Of a stretch of 64,000 bases of DNA, positions 1 through 10,392 are shown in pieces. The stretch covers positions 2,615 through 66,614 of the forward strand of contig JAKOQC010000187.1 in NCBI GenBank assembly GCA_029778565.1. Direction: 5' to 3'. The notes under the pieces were generated by a model. That model saw only the letters and a program-made list of their open reading frames with translations, was not told where the DNA came from and searched no databases. The stretch is from a bacterium (lineage in GTDB: Bacteria > Patescibacteriota > Saccharimonadia > CAILAD01 > BJGX01). The first letter of the stretch is position 1; each line of letters opens with the position of its first letter. The translations under genes were made by a program, and so were the position numbers.

Positions 1-1
1 A

Positions 2-415
2 ACCAAGTATCGAAAAGCCCAGAAGGGTACCAACAAAGGCCTTGCTAATAGAGGTGCCAATATTGACTTTGGCCGCTATGGGCTAAAGAGTCTCGACAAT
101 GAACGTATCACCTCACGTCAAATCGAAGCAGCTCGTCGTGCTATGACTCGTTACGTAAAACGTGGTGGTAAAATCTGGATCCGTATTTTTCCTGATGTGC
201 CAGTTACCCGTAAGCCTGCCGAAGTAAGAATGGGTTCTGGTAAAGGTGCACTCGATCACTACGTGGCGAGAGTACAAGCTGGTAAGATTCTTTTTGAAAT
301 GGATGGTGTGGACGAACCTACTGCTAAAGAAGCTATGCGACTGGCTGCCATGAAATTACCTGTAAAAACCAAGTTTATGGTAAAAGCGCACTCAGGAGAA
401 ACCCATGAAGGCTAA
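2..415 (+). CDS. rplP: 50S ribosomal protein L16 (5'-truncated by window edge)
   Basis: Frame-2 translation from nt 2 gives [13 protein letters not shown]...[21 protein letters not shown]..., typical L16; sits at the head of the L29-S17-L14 series. Confidence 0.9.
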   Translation, partial: TKYRKAQKGTNKGLANRGANIDFGRYGLKSLDNERITSRQIEAARRAMTRYVKRGGKIWIRIFPDVPVTRKPAEVRMGSGKGALDHYVARVQAGKILFEMDGVDEPTAKEAMRLAAMKLPVKTKFMVKAHSGETHEG

Positions 416-608
416 AGAATTACACAATAAATCACAGAAAGAGTTGCAAAAAGACTTAGCTGATCTGCGCGAAAAATATGCGAAGACATTAATTGATATG
501 AGAACTAAAGAAGTAAAAAACGTAAAGACGCTTCATGGCATTAAGAAAGATATTGCCAGAGTATTAACTGTACTCAAAGAGCAAGAATTGCAAGGAGAAA
601 AGAAATGA
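405..608 (+). CDS. rpmC: 50S ribosomal protein L29
   Basis: 67 aa, K/E-rich helical protein in conserved position after L16. Confidence 0.85.
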   Translation: MKAKELHNKSQKELQKDLADLREKYAKTLIDMRTKEVKNVKTLHGIKKDIARVLTVLKEQELQGEKK

Positions 609-850
609 ATCGCGTACTAACCGGCACAGTAGTGTCAGATAAGATGGACAAAACCGTTGTTGTTGAAGTAGTTCGCAGCAAAACCCATCCAATTTATAAA
701 AAACGCTACTCGGTCACCACTAAATTTAAAGCTCACGACGAAAAAAATGCCTGCAAAGTAGGAGATAGTGTTGAGATAGTAGAAACTCGACCAATGAGCC
801 ATGATAAGCATTTTGCTGTCAGCAAAGTGTTAAGTAAGGTAGGAGCATAG
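605..850 (+). CDS. rpsQ: 30S ribosomal protein S17
   Basis: 81 aa; [18 protein letters not shown]...[19 protein letters not shown] matches S17; 4-nt overlap with rpmC. Confidence 0.9.
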   Translation: MNRVLTGTVVSDKMDKTVVVEVVRSKTHPIYKKRYSVTTKFKAHDEKNACKVGDSVEIVETRPMSHDKHFAVSKVLSKVGA

Positions 851-852
851 CT

Positions 853-1221
853 ATGATACAGGCTGAAACCCGATTACGAGTAGCTGATAATACTGGAGCA
901 AAAGAAATTGCTTGTATTAAGGTACTCGGCGGTAGTCGCCGTCGTTATGCCCGAGTGGGTGACATTATAGTGGCTTCGGTAAAGACCGCTACTCCAACTG
1001 GTACGGTAAAGAAAAAAGAAGTTGTACAAGCTGTAGTGGTTCGTACCACAAAGCAGATTGTACGCCGCGATGGTAGTGTGATTCGTTTTGACGAAAATGC
1101 TGCAGTTATTATTGATAAAGCCAAGCTACCACGAGGCACTCGCATTTTTGGTCCTGTCTGCCGTGAGTTGCGCGAAGCTGGTTATATGAAGATTATTTCA
1201 CTCGCACCGGAGGTACTCTAG
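853..1221 (+). CDS. rplN: 50S ribosomal protein L14
   Basis: 122 aa; [18 protein letters not shown]...[14 protein letters not shown] is the canonical L14. Confidence 0.95.
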   Translation: MIQAETRLRVADNTGAKEIACIKVLGGSRRRYARVGDIIVASVKTATPTGTVKKKEVVQAVVVRTTKQIVRRDGSVIRFDENAAVIIDKAKLPRGTRIFGPVCRELREAGYMKIISLAPEVL

Positions 1222-1223
1222 CT

Positions 1224-1580
1224 ATGAAACTTCAGAAGAAAGATAAAGTAATGGTTATCTCGGGCCGCGATAAAGGTAAAACCGGTACTGTGAGTGTTGT
1301 TTTGCCAAAAACCAACCAGGTGATTGTGGAAGGCGTTAATGTTGCGAAACGACACACCAAGCCAAGCCAATCAAACCCTAAAGGTGGTATTGTTGAACTA
1401 ACCAAACCCATCTTGGCTGCAAAAGTTATGGTACTTGATCCTACCAGTGGCAAGCCAGCGAGAATTGGCTATAAAGTTGGTAAAGATGGTAATAAAGAGC
1501 GGATATTCAAGGTTTCGAAGTTTAAAAACACCAAGAATGCTACTAAGAAGCCGGTAGCCAAAAAAGGAGCAAACAAATGA
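1224..1580 (+). CDS. rplX: 50S ribosomal protein L24 (KOW)
   Basis: 118 aa; KKDKVMVISGRDKGKTGTV KOW motif; position after L14. Confidence 0.9.
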   Translation: MKLQKKDKVMVISGRDKGKTGTVSVVLPKTNQVIVEGVNVAKRHTKPSQSNPKGGIVELTKPILAAKVMVLDPTSGKPARIGYKVGKDGNKERIFKVSKFKNTKNATKKPVAKKGANK

Positions 1581-2125
1581 ATCGTTTAGCTCAAACTTAT
1601 CAGACTAAAGTACGTGGTGATTTGCAAACTCAGTTGGGGCTCGATAATGTTCACCAAATACCAAAAATTGAAAAAATTGTGGTAAATGTTGGTGTTGGTA
1701 AAGCTGTTGCAGATAGTAAGTATCTCGATATGGCAGTCGAAAACCTTACCGCTATTACTGGTCAAAAACCAGTAATTACCAAGGCTCGTCACTCAATCGC
1801 ATCATTTAAACTTCGCGAAGGTATGCCAATTGGTGCCAAAGTAACGTTGCGTGGTGAGTATATGTGGAACTTCTTAGACCGACTCATTTCTATTGTTATT
1901 CCTCGAATGCGCGATTTTCGTGGTTTATCAGTAAAAAGTTTCGATCCTCAAGGCAATTACAGTATTGGTTTTTCAGATCAGACAGTATTTCCAGAATTAA
2001 GCCAAGACGATAATGCCGCAGGAGGAAGTTTGCAAGTAACAATAACAACAAGTGCAAAAAACCCAGAACAAGCTGAAGCACTCTTACGGGGATTGGGTTT
2101 CCCACTTGAGAAAGGAACAAAGTAA
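1577..2125 (+). CDS. rplE: 50S ribosomal protein L5
   Basis: 182 aa; conserved L5 core ([23 protein letters not shown]...). Confidence 0.95.
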   Translation: MNRLAQTYQTKVRGDLQTQLGLDNVHQIPKIEKIVVNVGVGKAVADSKYLDMAVENLTAITGQKPVITKARHSIASFKLREGMPIGAKVTLRGEYMWNFLDRLISIVIPRMRDFRGLSVKSFDPQGNYSIGFSDQTVFPELSQDDNAAGGSLQVTITTSAKNPEQAEALLRGLGFPLEKGTK

Positions 2126-2394
2126 TGGCCAGAAAAGCACTTATAGAACGAGAAAAGAAAAGAGAAGCTATGGCTGCAAAATATGCTGCCAAGCGAGCTC
2201 AATTAAAAGCCGAAGGCGACTTAGAAGGTTTGGCCAAATTGCCACGCAATGCTAACCCTATTCGTCACCACAATCGCTGTGCACAAACTGGACGTAGCAA
2301 GGGTTATATACGAGACTTTGGCCTTTCTCGCATTACGTTCCGTGAGCAAGCCAGCAAGGGTAATATACCAGGTTTAACGAAGTCGAGTTGGTAG
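2125..2394 (+). CDS. rpsN: 30S ribosomal protein S14 (long, non-zinc form)
   Basis: 89 aa ending ...[11 protein letters not shown]; no CxxC motif; position between L5 and S8. Confidence 0.9.
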   Translation: MARKALIEREKKREAMAAKYAAKRAQLKAEGDLEGLAKLPRNANPIRHHNRCAQTGRSKGYIRDFGLSRITFREQASKGNIPGLTKSSW

Positions 2395-2404
2395 GAGAAT
2401 TATT

Positions 2405-2794
2405 ATGATGACAACAGATCCAATTGCAGATATGCTTACTCGAATCCGAAACGGATTGCATTCAGGTAAAGAAACCGTCTTGGTACCAAGTTCTAAGATG
2501 AAGCTTTCGATTGCCCAAATTCTTCTAAACGCTGGTTATATTTCTGATGTAAAAGAAGTTAAACAAGACAACTTCACTTACATTGCTCTTAAGCTAAATC
2601 AGCCCAAAAAACCAATCACTAAGTTACAACGAGTTTCTAAACCTGGGCGACGTATGTATACACCAAAAAGTGAAATTCCATCAGTCTTAGGTGGTCGTGG
2701 TATTGTTATTCTTTCTACCCCAGCTGGAGTTTTAACCGGTAGTGATGCACGCAAAAAAGGCGTGGGTGGCGAATTAATTTGTAAGGTATGGTAG
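2405..2794 (+). CDS. rpsH: 30S ribosomal protein S8
   Basis: 129 aa; MTTDPIADMLTRIRNG... S8 signature. Confidence 0.9.
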   Translation: MMTTDPIADMLTRIRNGLHSGKETVLVPSSKMKLSIAQILLNAGYISDVKEVKQDNFTYIALKLNQPKKPITKLQRVSKPGRRMYTPKSEIPSVLGGRGIVILSTPAGVLTGSDARKKGVGGELICKVW

Positions 2795-2798
2795 AGCT

Positions 2799-3362
2799 AT
2801 GAGTAGAATAGGCAAACAACCAATTGAATTACCAGAAAATGTTACTGTCACTATTGATGGTTTAAGTGTTAGTGTTGCTGGTCCTAAGGGCGAGCTAAAG
2901 CAAAAATTAATGAATGGTTTTGTAATTGAACAAAAAGAAACCCGTCTTGAACTAACGATTGCAGACAAAGAAAAAGAAGCCGAGCTTGGCCAGTATTATG
3001 GACTAATGCGCACACTGGTAGCTAATATGGTAGCCGGTGTTTCTGAAGGTTTTACTAAAGTATTAGAAGTAAATGGTGTTGGCTTTAGGGTAAACCTACA
3101 AGGTCAGAAACTCGAACTTAATCTTGGTTTTTCTCACCCGATTGTTTACACTGCACCAGAAGGAATAGAACTGGCAGTTGATCAAAACCAAAATACTATT
3201 ACTGTGAGTGGTATCGATAAACAACTTGTAGGTGAAGTTGCCGCTCAGATACGATCGTTTAAAAAGCCAGAACCATACAAAGGAAAAGGTATTAAATATC
3301 AGGGCGAGCACATTCGACGCAAAGCCGGTAAAGCTGCCGCCAAAGCCGGAGCAGGAGCATAA
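2799..3362 (+). CDS. rplF: 50S ribosomal protein L6
   Basis: 187 aa; MSRIGKQPIELPENVTVTIDG... two-domain L6. Confidence 0.9.
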   Translation: MSRIGKQPIELPENVTVTIDGLSVSVAGPKGELKQKLMNGFVIEQKETRLELTIADKEKEAELGQYYGLMRTLVANMVAGVSEGFTKVLEVNGVGFRVNLQGQKLELNLGFSHPIVYTAPEGIELAVDQNQNTITVSGIDKQLVGEVAAQIRSFKKPEPYKGKGIKYQGEHIRRKAGKAAAKAGAGA

Positions 3363-3366
3363 TACT

Positions 3367-3726
3367 ATGAATAAACAAGTTTTACTTCAAGACAGACGCA
3401 GACGAGCGAGAAACAGAGTACGCTCAACTATTAGCGGTACAAGCAAACGACCTCGTTTGAATGTGAGTATTAGCCTGGTTAATGTTACTGCTCAACTGAT
3501 AGATGATACTAAGGGTGTAACATTACTATCAGCTACATCAATAGGAAAAAAAGAAATGCACGGTAAAAATTTAACCGAAAAAGCCCACTTAGTAGCTGAG
3601 CTTATTGCAAAAGATGCTAAGACGAAAAAAATTAGTGAAGTTGTTTTTGACAGGGGCCCACGCAGTTATCATGGTCGAGTACAAGCATTTGCCGAAACAG
3701 CCCGTAAAAACGGATTAAAATTTTAA
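3367..3726 (+). CDS. rplR: 50S ribosomal protein L18
   Basis: The track ORF starts at 3232 and overlaps rplF. The internal ATG at 3367 gives MNKQVLLQDRRRRARNRVRS..., the usual L18 N-terminus. This start is 5 nt after the rplF stop. Confidence 0.85.
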   Translation: MNKQVLLQDRRRRARNRVRSTISGTSKRPRLNVSISLVNVTAQLIDDTKGVTLLSATSIGKKEMHGKNLTEKAHLVAELIAKDAKTKKISEVVFDRGPRSYHGRVQAFAETARKNGLKF

Positions 3727-3735
3727 AGGATATCT

Positions 3736-4266
3736 ATGAACGATAATAGACAAAATCAATTCCAAGCTGGCCGAGAGGCCTCAGAGTACGAAGAAAAGAT
3801 CTTAGCTCTTGATAGGGTTACACGTGTTGTAAAGGGTGGTCGTCGTTTCCGTTTTCGAGCAACTGCCGTAATTGGTGATGGTAAAGGAAAAGTAGGCGTT
3901 GGCGTTGGTAAGGGTGGTGATGCCCCTAGCTCGATTGTTAAAGCTGTGGCTAAGGCTAAGCGAGCGATGATAGAATTTCCTCTACAAGATACAACTATCC
4001 CACACGAAATCCAGGTAAGTTATGGTGGGGCAACCGTATTTATGAAACCAGCTGCTCCAGGTACTGGAGTAATTGCTGGCGGAACTGTCCGAGCGGTTTT
4101 AGAAGCTGCCGGCGTAAGTGATATTCTTACCAAATCACTCGGTTCGAGTAGTAAAATTAACAATGCCTATGCCACAATCGAAGCACTTAAACAGCTTCAG
4201 CAACCAACTTCTACAGTTGAAAAAGCACAGAAATCAGCTAAGAAAAAAGAAGGTAGTAACGTATGA
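3736..4266 (+). CDS. rpsE: 30S ribosomal protein S5
   Basis: 176 aa; dsRBD plus S5 C-terminal domain ([23 protein letters not shown]...). Confidence 0.9.
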   Translation: MNDNRQNQFQAGREASEYEEKILALDRVTRVVKGGRRFRFRATAVIGDGKGKVGVGVGKGGDAPSSIVKAVAKAKRAMIEFPLQDTTIPHEIQVSYGGATVFMKPAAPGTGVIAGGTVRAVLEAAGVSDILTKSLGSSSKINNAYATIEALKQLQQPTSTVEKAQKSAKKKEGSNV

Positions 4267-4760
4267 AACTCCATGAATTAAGCATAGAAGCAAAACCTGC
4301 CAAACGCCGACGTGGTCGAGGTATCGCTGCTGGTCTTGGTAAAACCTCTGGTCGTGGAACCAAAGGACAAAATTCTCGTACTGGTGGTGGAGTAAAACTC
4401 GGATTCGAAGGTGGACAGACCAAATTTAGCATGCGCTTGCCAAAAAACCGAGGTTTTAAAGCGAAAAATCCTACAAATTACCAGATAGTTACAACCGATC
4501 AACTAGCTAAGATTGGTAAAGTTAGTGTAGGTGTTGATGATTTTGTTGCTGCTGGTATGGCTCGCAAAAACCAAAAAATCAAACTCTTGTTTGCCTCTAC
4601 GCCAGAAAAGAAATATACTGTTTCCGTAGATGCTGCAAGCCAGAAAGCTATTACTGCAGTAGAAAAAGCTGGTGGAAAAGTTGTATTGCCAGAAAAAAAA
4701 CCAGTAGCTACCAAACAAGCTCAAACTTCTACACAAGAGAGTAAAACAGCAAAAAATTAG
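4263..4760 (+). CDS. rplO: 50S ribosomal protein L15
   Basis: 165 aa; [36 protein letters not shown]... It follows rpsE directly with a 4-nt overlap, so no L30 gene lies between them. Confidence 0.9.
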   Translation: MKLHELSIEAKPAKRRRGRGIAAGLGKTSGRGTKGQNSRTGGGVKLGFEGGQTKFSMRLPKNRGFKAKNPTNYQIVTTDQLAKIGKVSVGVDDFVAAGMARKNQKIKLLFASTPEKKYTVSVDAASQKAITAVEKAGGKVVLPEKKPVATKQAQTSTQESKTAKN

Positions 4761-4777
4761 ACAACTAAGGAGGATAT

Positions 4778-6094
4778 TTGAACCCACGGGTGCTGTCGCA
4801 GCTGTATAAGAACAAATCTTTACGCAACCGATTACTGGTAGTATTGGTAGTTTTGGCTGTATATAGTTTATTAGCTCACTTGCCAGTGCCAGTGCCAGAT
4901 ACCGCTAAATTACAAACTTTCTTATTACGTCTGTTTCAAAGCAATCCACTTCTTGGTTTTGCTAACTTATTTACTGGTGGTGCACTCTCTAGCTTCTCAA
5001 TATTACTCATGGGGCTAGGGCCTTACATTAATGCCTCGATTATTCTGCAGCTACTTGGTCAGGTGGTTCCGCAGTTAGAAGCGCTGCAAAAAGAGGGTGA
5101 AGCCGGTCGTCAAAAGCTTAATCACTACACACGTCTTCTAACTCTCCCTTTAGCACTTATTCAGTCGGTTGCAATGATAACTCTAGCCAGAACATTATCG
5201 GTACAAATTGCCGGTGTAGACCTTATTGGTAGCCCAAGCGCCCTACAATGGGTGCTAATGGTGTCCTCTATAACAGCTGGGAGTATGTTGCTCATGTGGC
5301 TGGGTGAGATTATTAGTGATAAAGGTATTGGTAACGGTATTAGTATTCTTATTCTTGCTGGTATCGTCTCAAATCTGCCTACTCAATTGGCTCAACAATT
5401 TAGTATTGCTTCTGCTGATTCGACTCGCGTTTTTTCACTTATTGGCTTCGCTATTTTTGCAGTTGCCATGGTTTTCTTTGTGGTGATGCTCAACGAAGGT
5501 CAGCGTAATATTCCAATCTCATATGCCAGGCGAGCTTCAGCTACGAGCCAATACGCCGGGGTAGATACACATCTACCTATAAAGCTTATTACTGCTGGTG
5601 TAATTCCAATTATCTTTGCTCTTGCATTTCTTTCGATTCCTGGCTTTCTTGGCCAGTTGTTAGCAAATGCAAAAACTGCTTGGGTGGCCAACGCTGCTCA
5701 CTTTATGCAGCAGAACTTTCAGGCTACAAAACCACTCTACACGGTAGTCTACTTTATTTTGGTGTTTGTGTTTACGTACTTTTACACCGCAGTGGTCTTT
5801 AAGCCGGCCGAAATTGCCGAAAACCTACAAAAACAGGGTGGATTTATTCCGGGTGTGCGACCAGGCAATGAAACTGCGCGTTATTTAAAAAAGATTATTA
5901 CCCGTTTGACGCTTTTTGGAGCCCTTTCGCTCGGTTTCTTGGCTATTCTGCCATTTATACTTGAAAGAGCCTTTAATACCTCTACAATCTTGAGTATAGG
6001 GGGCACAGGCTTACTGATTATCGTTTCGGTAATCATCGAAACCTTAAAACAGATAGAATCACATGCTCTCATGGCAACGTATGAAAATTATTAG
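4778..6094 (+). CDS. secY: preprotein translocase SecY
   Basis: 438 aa with 10 predicted TM segments. TTG start, preceded by AAGGAGG at about 4765-4771. Confidence 0.9.
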   Translation: MNPRVLSQLYKNKSLRNRLLVVLVVLAVYSLLAHLPVPVPDTAKLQTFLLRLFQSNPLLGFANLFTGGALSSFSILLMGLGPYINASIILQLLGQVVPQLEALQKEGEAGRQKLNHYTRLLTLPLALIQSVAMITLARTLSVQIAGVDLIGSPSALQWVLMVSSITAGSMLLMWLGEIISDKGIGNGISILILAGIVSNLPTQLAQQFSIASADSTRVFSLIGFAIFAVAMVFFVVMLNEGQRNIPISYARRASATSQYAGVDTHLPIKLITAGVIPIIFALAFLSIPGFLGQLLANAKTAWVANAAHFMQQNFQATKPLYTVVYFILVFVFTYFYTAVVFKPAEIAENLQKQGGFIPGVRPGNETARYLKKIITRLTLFGALSLGFLAILPFILERAFNTSTILSIGGTGLLIIVSVIIETLKQIESHALMATYENY

Positions 6095-6134
6095 TAAATA
6101 ATATGGGTTTTATGCGAGAAAATCGAAAAAAAGG

Positions 6135-6166
6135 CTTTACTTTTACAGATAGACCCTCTATAATAC
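6135..6166 (+). promoter_or_regulatory. putative sigma70-like internal promoter (TTTACT-N17-TATAAT) upstream of infA
   Basis: Hexamers read directly in the 92-nt secY-infA spacer. No adk/map are present here. Confidence 0.3.
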
Positions 6167-6186
6167 AAACCTGATACGCAATTCTC

Positions 6187-6417
6187 ATGAATCAAACAAA
6201 GGAAGACAAAGGTGTTATTGAAGTCGAGGGCGAAGTCTTAGAGGCTCTGCCCAATGCTACTTTTAAAGTTCGACTAGAAAACAATCATGAAATATTGGCT
6301 CATATCTCGGGCAAGATGCGTATGCATTACATCAAAATCTTACCGGGCGACACCGTAACGGTCGAAATGAGCCCATATGATTTAAACAAAGGCCGCATAA
6401 CATATCGGCATAAATAA
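6187..6417 (+). CDS. infA: translation initiation factor IF-1
   Basis: 76 aa; S1-like OB fold sequence [29 protein letters not shown]. Confidence 0.9.
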   Translation: MNQTKEDKGVIEVEGEVLEALPNATFKVRLENNHEILAHISGKMRMHYIKILPGDTVTVEMSPYDLNKGRITYRHK

Positions 6418-6429
6418 CGAAGGAAGTTC

Positions 6430-6543
6430 ATGAAAGTACGAGCTGGTGTAAAAAAAATGTGTGAAAAGTGCAAGATTATCCGTCGCAAAGGTCGAGTGAC
6501 GGTAATTTGTGATAACCCACGACATAAGCAGAGACAAGGGTAA
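6430..6543 (+). CDS. rpmJ: 50S ribosomal protein L36
   Basis: Translated by hand because it falls below the ORF-track cutoff. The product is [37 protein letters not shown] (37 aa) with the C-x2-C...C-x-H zinc ribbon. It sits between infA and rpsM. Confidence 0.8.
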   Translation: MKVRAGVKKMCEKCKIIRRKGRVTVICDNPRHKQRQG

Positions 6544-6545
6544 AG

Positions 6546-6932
6546 ATGGCACGTATAGCAGGTACTAACATTCCAGAACAAAAACGTGTTGAGGTATCAC
6601 TAACCTACATTTATGGTATTGGTCTTTCAACTAGCCAAAAGATTTTAGAACAACTCAAGATTAATCCAGACACTCGCGTAAAAGATCTTAACGAAAAAGA
6701 ACTAGGCGCAATTCGAGAATATATCGACAAAAACCTAACTGTTGAAGCCGACCTTTCTCGTGTTGTTACCGGAAATATAAAGCGTTTAAAAGAAATTGGT
6801 GCCTATAGAGGCTTACGACACAAAGCTAGCCTGCCAGTACGAGGTCAACGTACCAAAACCAATGCCCGTACCAAGCGTGGTAAAAAAGTAACCGTTGGTT
6901 CAGGACGTAAAAAGGCAGCAGCTAAGACTTAA
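6546..6932 (+). CDS. rpsM: 30S ribosomal protein S13
   Basis: 128 aa; [26 protein letters not shown]. Confidence 0.9.
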   Translation: MARIAGTNIPEQKRVEVSLTYIYGIGLSTSQKILEQLKINPDTRVKDLNEKELGAIREYIDKNLTVEADLSRVVTGNIKRLKEIGAYRGLRHKASLPVRGQRTKTNARTKRGKKVTVGSGRKKAAAKT

Positions 6933-6947
6933 GAGGAAAATTAACCT

Positions 6948-7340
6948 ATGGCAACTACATCAACCAAAACCCGAAGAAAGAAAACAAAGCGCAATCTACC
7001 TAAAGGTACATTGCATATTCAAGCAACGTTTAATAACACTATTGTAACTGTTACAGACGAAGCTGGTAATGTAGTGGCTTGGAAATCTTCAGGTTCGGTT
7101 GGTTTTAAGGGTAGCCGAAAGAGCACACCATATGCAGCTCAAATCGCTACCGAAAAAGTTTTAGAAAAAGCCAAAGAATTTGGCCTCAGCAAGATAGAAG
7201 TAATTGTTAAGGGTATTGGTTCTGGTCGTGACTCAGCTATTCGAGCACTTATGGCTTCAGGTATCGAAATTTCGGCCATTCGCGATGTTACCGGCCTTGC
7301 TCATAATGGTTGTCGACCAAGAAAGGCACGGAGAGTCTAA
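6948..7340 (+). CDS. rpsK: 30S ribosomal protein S11
   Basis: 130 aa; [18 protein letters not shown]...[11 protein letters not shown]. Confidence 0.9.
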   Translation: MATTSTKTRRKKTKRNLPKGTLHIQATFNNTIVTVTDEAGNVVAWKSSGSVGFKGSRKSTPYAAQIATEKVLEKAKEFGLSKIEVIVKGIGSGRDSAIRALMASGIEISAIRDVTGLAHNGCRPRKARRV

Positions 7341-7954
7341 TGGCACGAACACTTACTCCAGTTGGTAAACTCTCACGCCGCGAAGGCATCGAGCTTCACC
7401 CTAAAGCCGTAAAGATTATGACCCGTCGACCCTATGGCCCAGGGCAGCACGGACAAGGTCGCCGCAGTAAGCCAAGCGATTATGCCTTGCAGCTTCGAGA
7501 GAAGCAAAAAGTAAAACGCCTTTATGGTATCTTAGAAAAACAATTCCGTCGCTACGTTAACCAGGCCGAACGTATGCAGGGTGTAAGCGGCGAAAATCTC
7601 TTGCAGCTACTCGAACGACGTCTTGATAATGTAGTATATCGAGTTGGTTTAGCCCCCAGCCGCCAAGCAGCTCGACAATTAGTAACACACGCTCACATTA
7701 CCCTCAATGACAAAAAAGTGGACGTGCCATCAATTCTTGTTAAGCCGGGCGATAAAATCGCCGTTAAATCTAGCTCTCTGAAAAAACCATATTTTGTTTC
7801 GATTGCTGAAACACTTAATGCCAATAGCGTTGCAGCTAGCTGGCTGAAGTTTGACAGCAAGAAGATGAGTGCCGAAATCACTGGTTTGCCACTTCGCGAA
7901 GAAGTTGGTGTAGAGATACACGAACAATTAATTATTGAATATTATTCACGCTAA
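7340..7954 (+). CDS. rpsD: 30S ribosomal protein S4
   Basis: The track ORF starts at 7310 inside rpsK. The ATG at 7340 gives [16 protein letters not shown]..., the usual S4 N-terminus. Confidence 0.85.
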   Translation: MARTLTPVGKLSRREGIELHPKAVKIMTRRPYGPGQHGQGRRSKPSDYALQLREKQKVKRLYGILEKQFRRYVNQAERMQGVSGENLLQLLERRLDNVVYRVGLAPSRQAARQLVTHAHITLNDKKVDVPSILVKPGDKIAVKSSSLKKPYFVSIAETLNANSVAASWLKFDSKKMSAEITGLPLREEVGVEIHEQLIIEYYSR

Positions 7955-7977
7955 CATTAAGTAAAAGGAGCCCCACC

Positions 7978-8928
7978 GTGCTATACGATATCAACTTACC
8001 AGAAATAAAAGAAACTGAGAATGCAGCCAATGCATCGACCTTTGTGGTTGAGCCGCTGTTTCCTGGCTATGGTATGACTTTAGGTAACTCAATGCGCCGA
8101 GTTTTACTTTCGAGTCTTGCTGGTGCAGCTATTACAGCTGTTAAAATAGAAGGTGCAAGTCATGAATTTTCTACCATTTCTGGTGTTCGTGAAGATGTAA
8201 TCGAAATTATTCTTAATCTCAAGCAGATTCGCTTAAAAAGCACTCATGAAGAACCAGTAATGGTTACTCTAAAGAAAACCGGTAAGGGTGAAGTAACAGC
8301 TGGTGATATTTCGGTTCCTGCAGGCGTAGAAATTGCTAACCCAGATCTTGTTATTGCAAGTCTCGATAATTCAAAAAGTAAAATTGAGATGGAATTGCAA
8401 GTTGAACAGGGCCGAGGATACGCTCCTGTAGAAAACCGCGCTGCAGAGAAACTACCAGTAGGTATGATTGCGATTGATGCTATTTATACTCCAATTAAGC
8501 GTGTACGGTATTCAGTAGAAAACACCCGTGTTGGTCAGATGACCGATCTTGATAAACTTGTTTTAGAAGTTGAAACCGACGGTACAGTAAGCCCACGTGA
8601 TGCAGTTTCTGCTGCCGCCGAAGTACTTGTTGGTCATTTTCAGGTTCTTGCAGGACACGATGTAGTAAGTGTTGGTGCTTCTGGCATTGTTACTGCTGCC
8701 GAAAAGCAAGAAGCCGATATGGCACAGATTTCTATTGACGAAGTTAACTTTAGCCCACGAACCACCAATGCTTTAATGAATAATGATATTAAGACTATCA
8801 AAGACATTATGGATCTCAAGCCAGGTGAGCTTAAAGAGCTTAAAGGTTTTGGGCAAAAAGCTTTTGAAGAAGTGCTTGATAAACTCGAAGAGCTTGGTGT
8901 AAGTCGTAATGCAGGGGGCCAGGAGTAA
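7978..8928 (+). CDS. rpoA: DNA-directed RNA polymerase subunit alpha
   Basis: 316 aa with GTG start. NTD dimerisation region and a C-terminal domain (FSPRTTNALMNNDIKTIKD...). Confidence 0.9.
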   Translation: MLYDINLPEIKETENAANASTFVVEPLFPGYGMTLGNSMRRVLLSSLAGAAITAVKIEGASHEFSTISGVREDVIEIILNLKQIRLKSTHEEPVMVTLKKTGKGEVTAGDISVPAGVEIANPDLVIASLDNSKSKIEMELQVEQGRGYAPVENRAAEKLPVGMIAIDAIYTPIKRVRYSVENTRVGQMTDLDKLVLEVETDGTVSPRDAVSAAAEVLVGHFQVLAGHDVVSVGASGIVTAAEKQEADMAQISIDEVNFSPRTTNALMNNDIKTIKDIMDLKPGELKELKGFGQKAFEEVLDKLEELGVSRNAGGQE

Positions 8929-8934
8929 TACCTA

Positions 8935-9459
8935 ATGCATTTTCACGGTACAAAACTTAACCACAAGAAACTCTCGCGCACAGCTGGTGCTCGTCGAGCG
9001 CTTTTGCGTGGCTTGCTTGATAGTTTAATTTTGTACGAGCGAATTGAAACTACCGAAACCAAAGCGAAGGCGTTGGCCCCATACTTTGAAGCTCAAGTAA
9101 CCCGTGCTAAAAAACAAACTCTTGCTGCTTATCGACAGATTTTAGCCGAAACCATTAACCCAGTTGCAGCACAAAAATTATATTATGATTTGGTAAATGG
9201 ATTTAGTAGCCGACAGGGTGGATACACTAGAATTATTAAGACTGCTCCTCGACTTGGTGATGGTGCCAAAATGGCAGTTATTGAACTTGTTTTAGACGAA
9301 GGCTACAAGCCAAAAGAACAACCAAAACAAGAAGCAGATAGTACAACTGCTAAACCTACACAAGCAAAAAAACCAGCCAAGAAAGCCACTAAAGCTAAAG
9401 AAGCTGTAACAACCAAAATTACTACTGGGAAAAAAGCTAAAAAAGAGGCCAAGAAATGA
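8935..9459 (+). CDS. rplQ: 50S ribosomal protein L17 with Lys/Ala-rich C-terminal extension
   Basis: 174 aa. The L17 core ends near ...KMAVIELV and is followed by about 55 aa of K/A/T-rich tail. Confidence 0.85.
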   Translation: MHFHGTKLNHKKLSRTAGARRALLRGLLDSLILYERIETTETKAKALAPYFEAQVTRAKKQTLAAYRQILAETINPVAAQKLYYDLVNGFSSRQGGYTRIIKTAPRLGDGAKMAVIELVLDEGYKPKEQPKQEADSTTAKPTQAKKPAKKATKAKEAVTTKITTGKKAKKEAKK

Positions 9460-9893
9460 TAAAGACCTACTCACAAAAACCAGCCGAAGTAGACCAGAAA
9501 TGGTATATTATTGATGCCAAAAACCAAACTCTAGGACGACTAGCTACGCAAATTGCTACACTCTTAACCGGTAAAGACAAACCAAGCTATAGCCCACACG
9601 TAGTTGGTGGTGATGTGGTTGTGGTTATTAATGCAAAAAATATTGCAGTTACCGGTAAAAAATTAACCGATAAGATGTATTATCGCCACTCCGGATATCC
9701 GGGTGGTATTAAAGAAGAAAGTCTTGCAGAAGCTCTAGAAAAGCATCCAAATCGAGTTATTGAACATGCTGTGGCCGGTATGTTGCCTAAGAACAAATTG
9801 CAGGCAGTAATGTTAAAAAATCTTAAGGTTTATGCAGACGATCAGCATCCCCATGCCCCACAAAAACCAATTGAATTGAAACTGGAGAAATAA
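9456..9893 (+). CDS. rplM: 50S ribosomal protein L13
   Basis: 145 aa; KWYIIDAKNQTLGRLATQIA... Confidence 0.9.
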   Translation: MIKTYSQKPAEVDQKWYIIDAKNQTLGRLATQIATLLTGKDKPSYSPHVVGGDVVVVINAKNIAVTGKKLTDKMYYRHSGYPGGIKEESLAEALEKHPNRVIEHAVAGMLPKNKLQAVMLKNLKVYADDQHPHAPQKPIELKLEK

Positions 9894-9894
9894 G

Positions 9895-10302
9895 ATGGCA
9901 GAAGCAACTAAAGCAAAAAATTATTATCCTGGAGTAGGTCGCCGAAAAGAATCGGTAGCCACCGTTAGAGTAAGTAATGGTAAAGGAATTATTACCGTTA
10001 ATGACATGCCTGCCGAAAAATACTTTACTAATCCAACGTATCTTCAGACCATCAAATCAGCCCTAGTTTTACTTAATAAAGAAAAAACTCTCGATGTTTC
10101 TGTACGCGTAAGAGGTGGTGGTTCTACTGGTCAAGCAGAAGCTGTACGTCTCGGCATTGCCCGTGCACTTGTTGAAATGAGCGAAGATTTTCGTACTAGC
10201 TTACGCAAAGAAGGTCTCCTAACTCGCGATGCACGTGTAAAAGAACGCAAAAAATACGGACTTAAGAAAGCACGTAAAGCTCCACAATTTAGCAAACGAT
10301 AA
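9895..10302 (+). CDS. rpsI: 30S ribosomal protein S9
   Basis: 135 aa ending ...KKARKAPQFSKR. Confidence 0.9.
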   Translation: MAEATKAKNYYPGVGRRKESVATVRVSNGKGIITVNDMPAEKYFTNPTYLQTIKSALVLLNKEKTLDVSVRVRGGGSTGQAEAVRLGIARALVEMSEDFRTSLRKEGLLTRDARVKERKKYGLKKARKAPQFSKR

Positions 10303-10310
10303 CCTTACAA

Positions 10311-10345
10311 ATAACCTCTTCCTAAAAAAGAAGAGGTTATTTGTT
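10311..10345 (+). terminator. rho-independent terminator after rpsI
   Basis: Perfect inverted repeat AACCTCTTC ... GAAGAGGTT followed by a T-rich tract. Confidence 0.6.
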
Positions 10346-10392
10346 TTGAGCAAGTATACCCAAGATTATTTCGCTTGGGGTATAATAGGGCT

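Noticed and set aside
945-1453. Minus-strand ORFs of 66 and 73 aa inside rplN and rplX
   Set aside because: They are antisense to strongly conserved ribosomal protein genes and have low-complexity composition. They are shadow ORFs.
1586-2255. Several 60-100-aa ORFs on both strands overlapping rplE and rpsN
   Set aside because: They overlap well-supported r-protein genes. The products have no domain-like pattern.
5304-6072. Small ORFs inside secY (plus-strand alternate frame and antisense)
   Set aside because: They are embedded in the SecY reading frame. The hydrophobic repeats arise from out-of-frame reading of TM codons.
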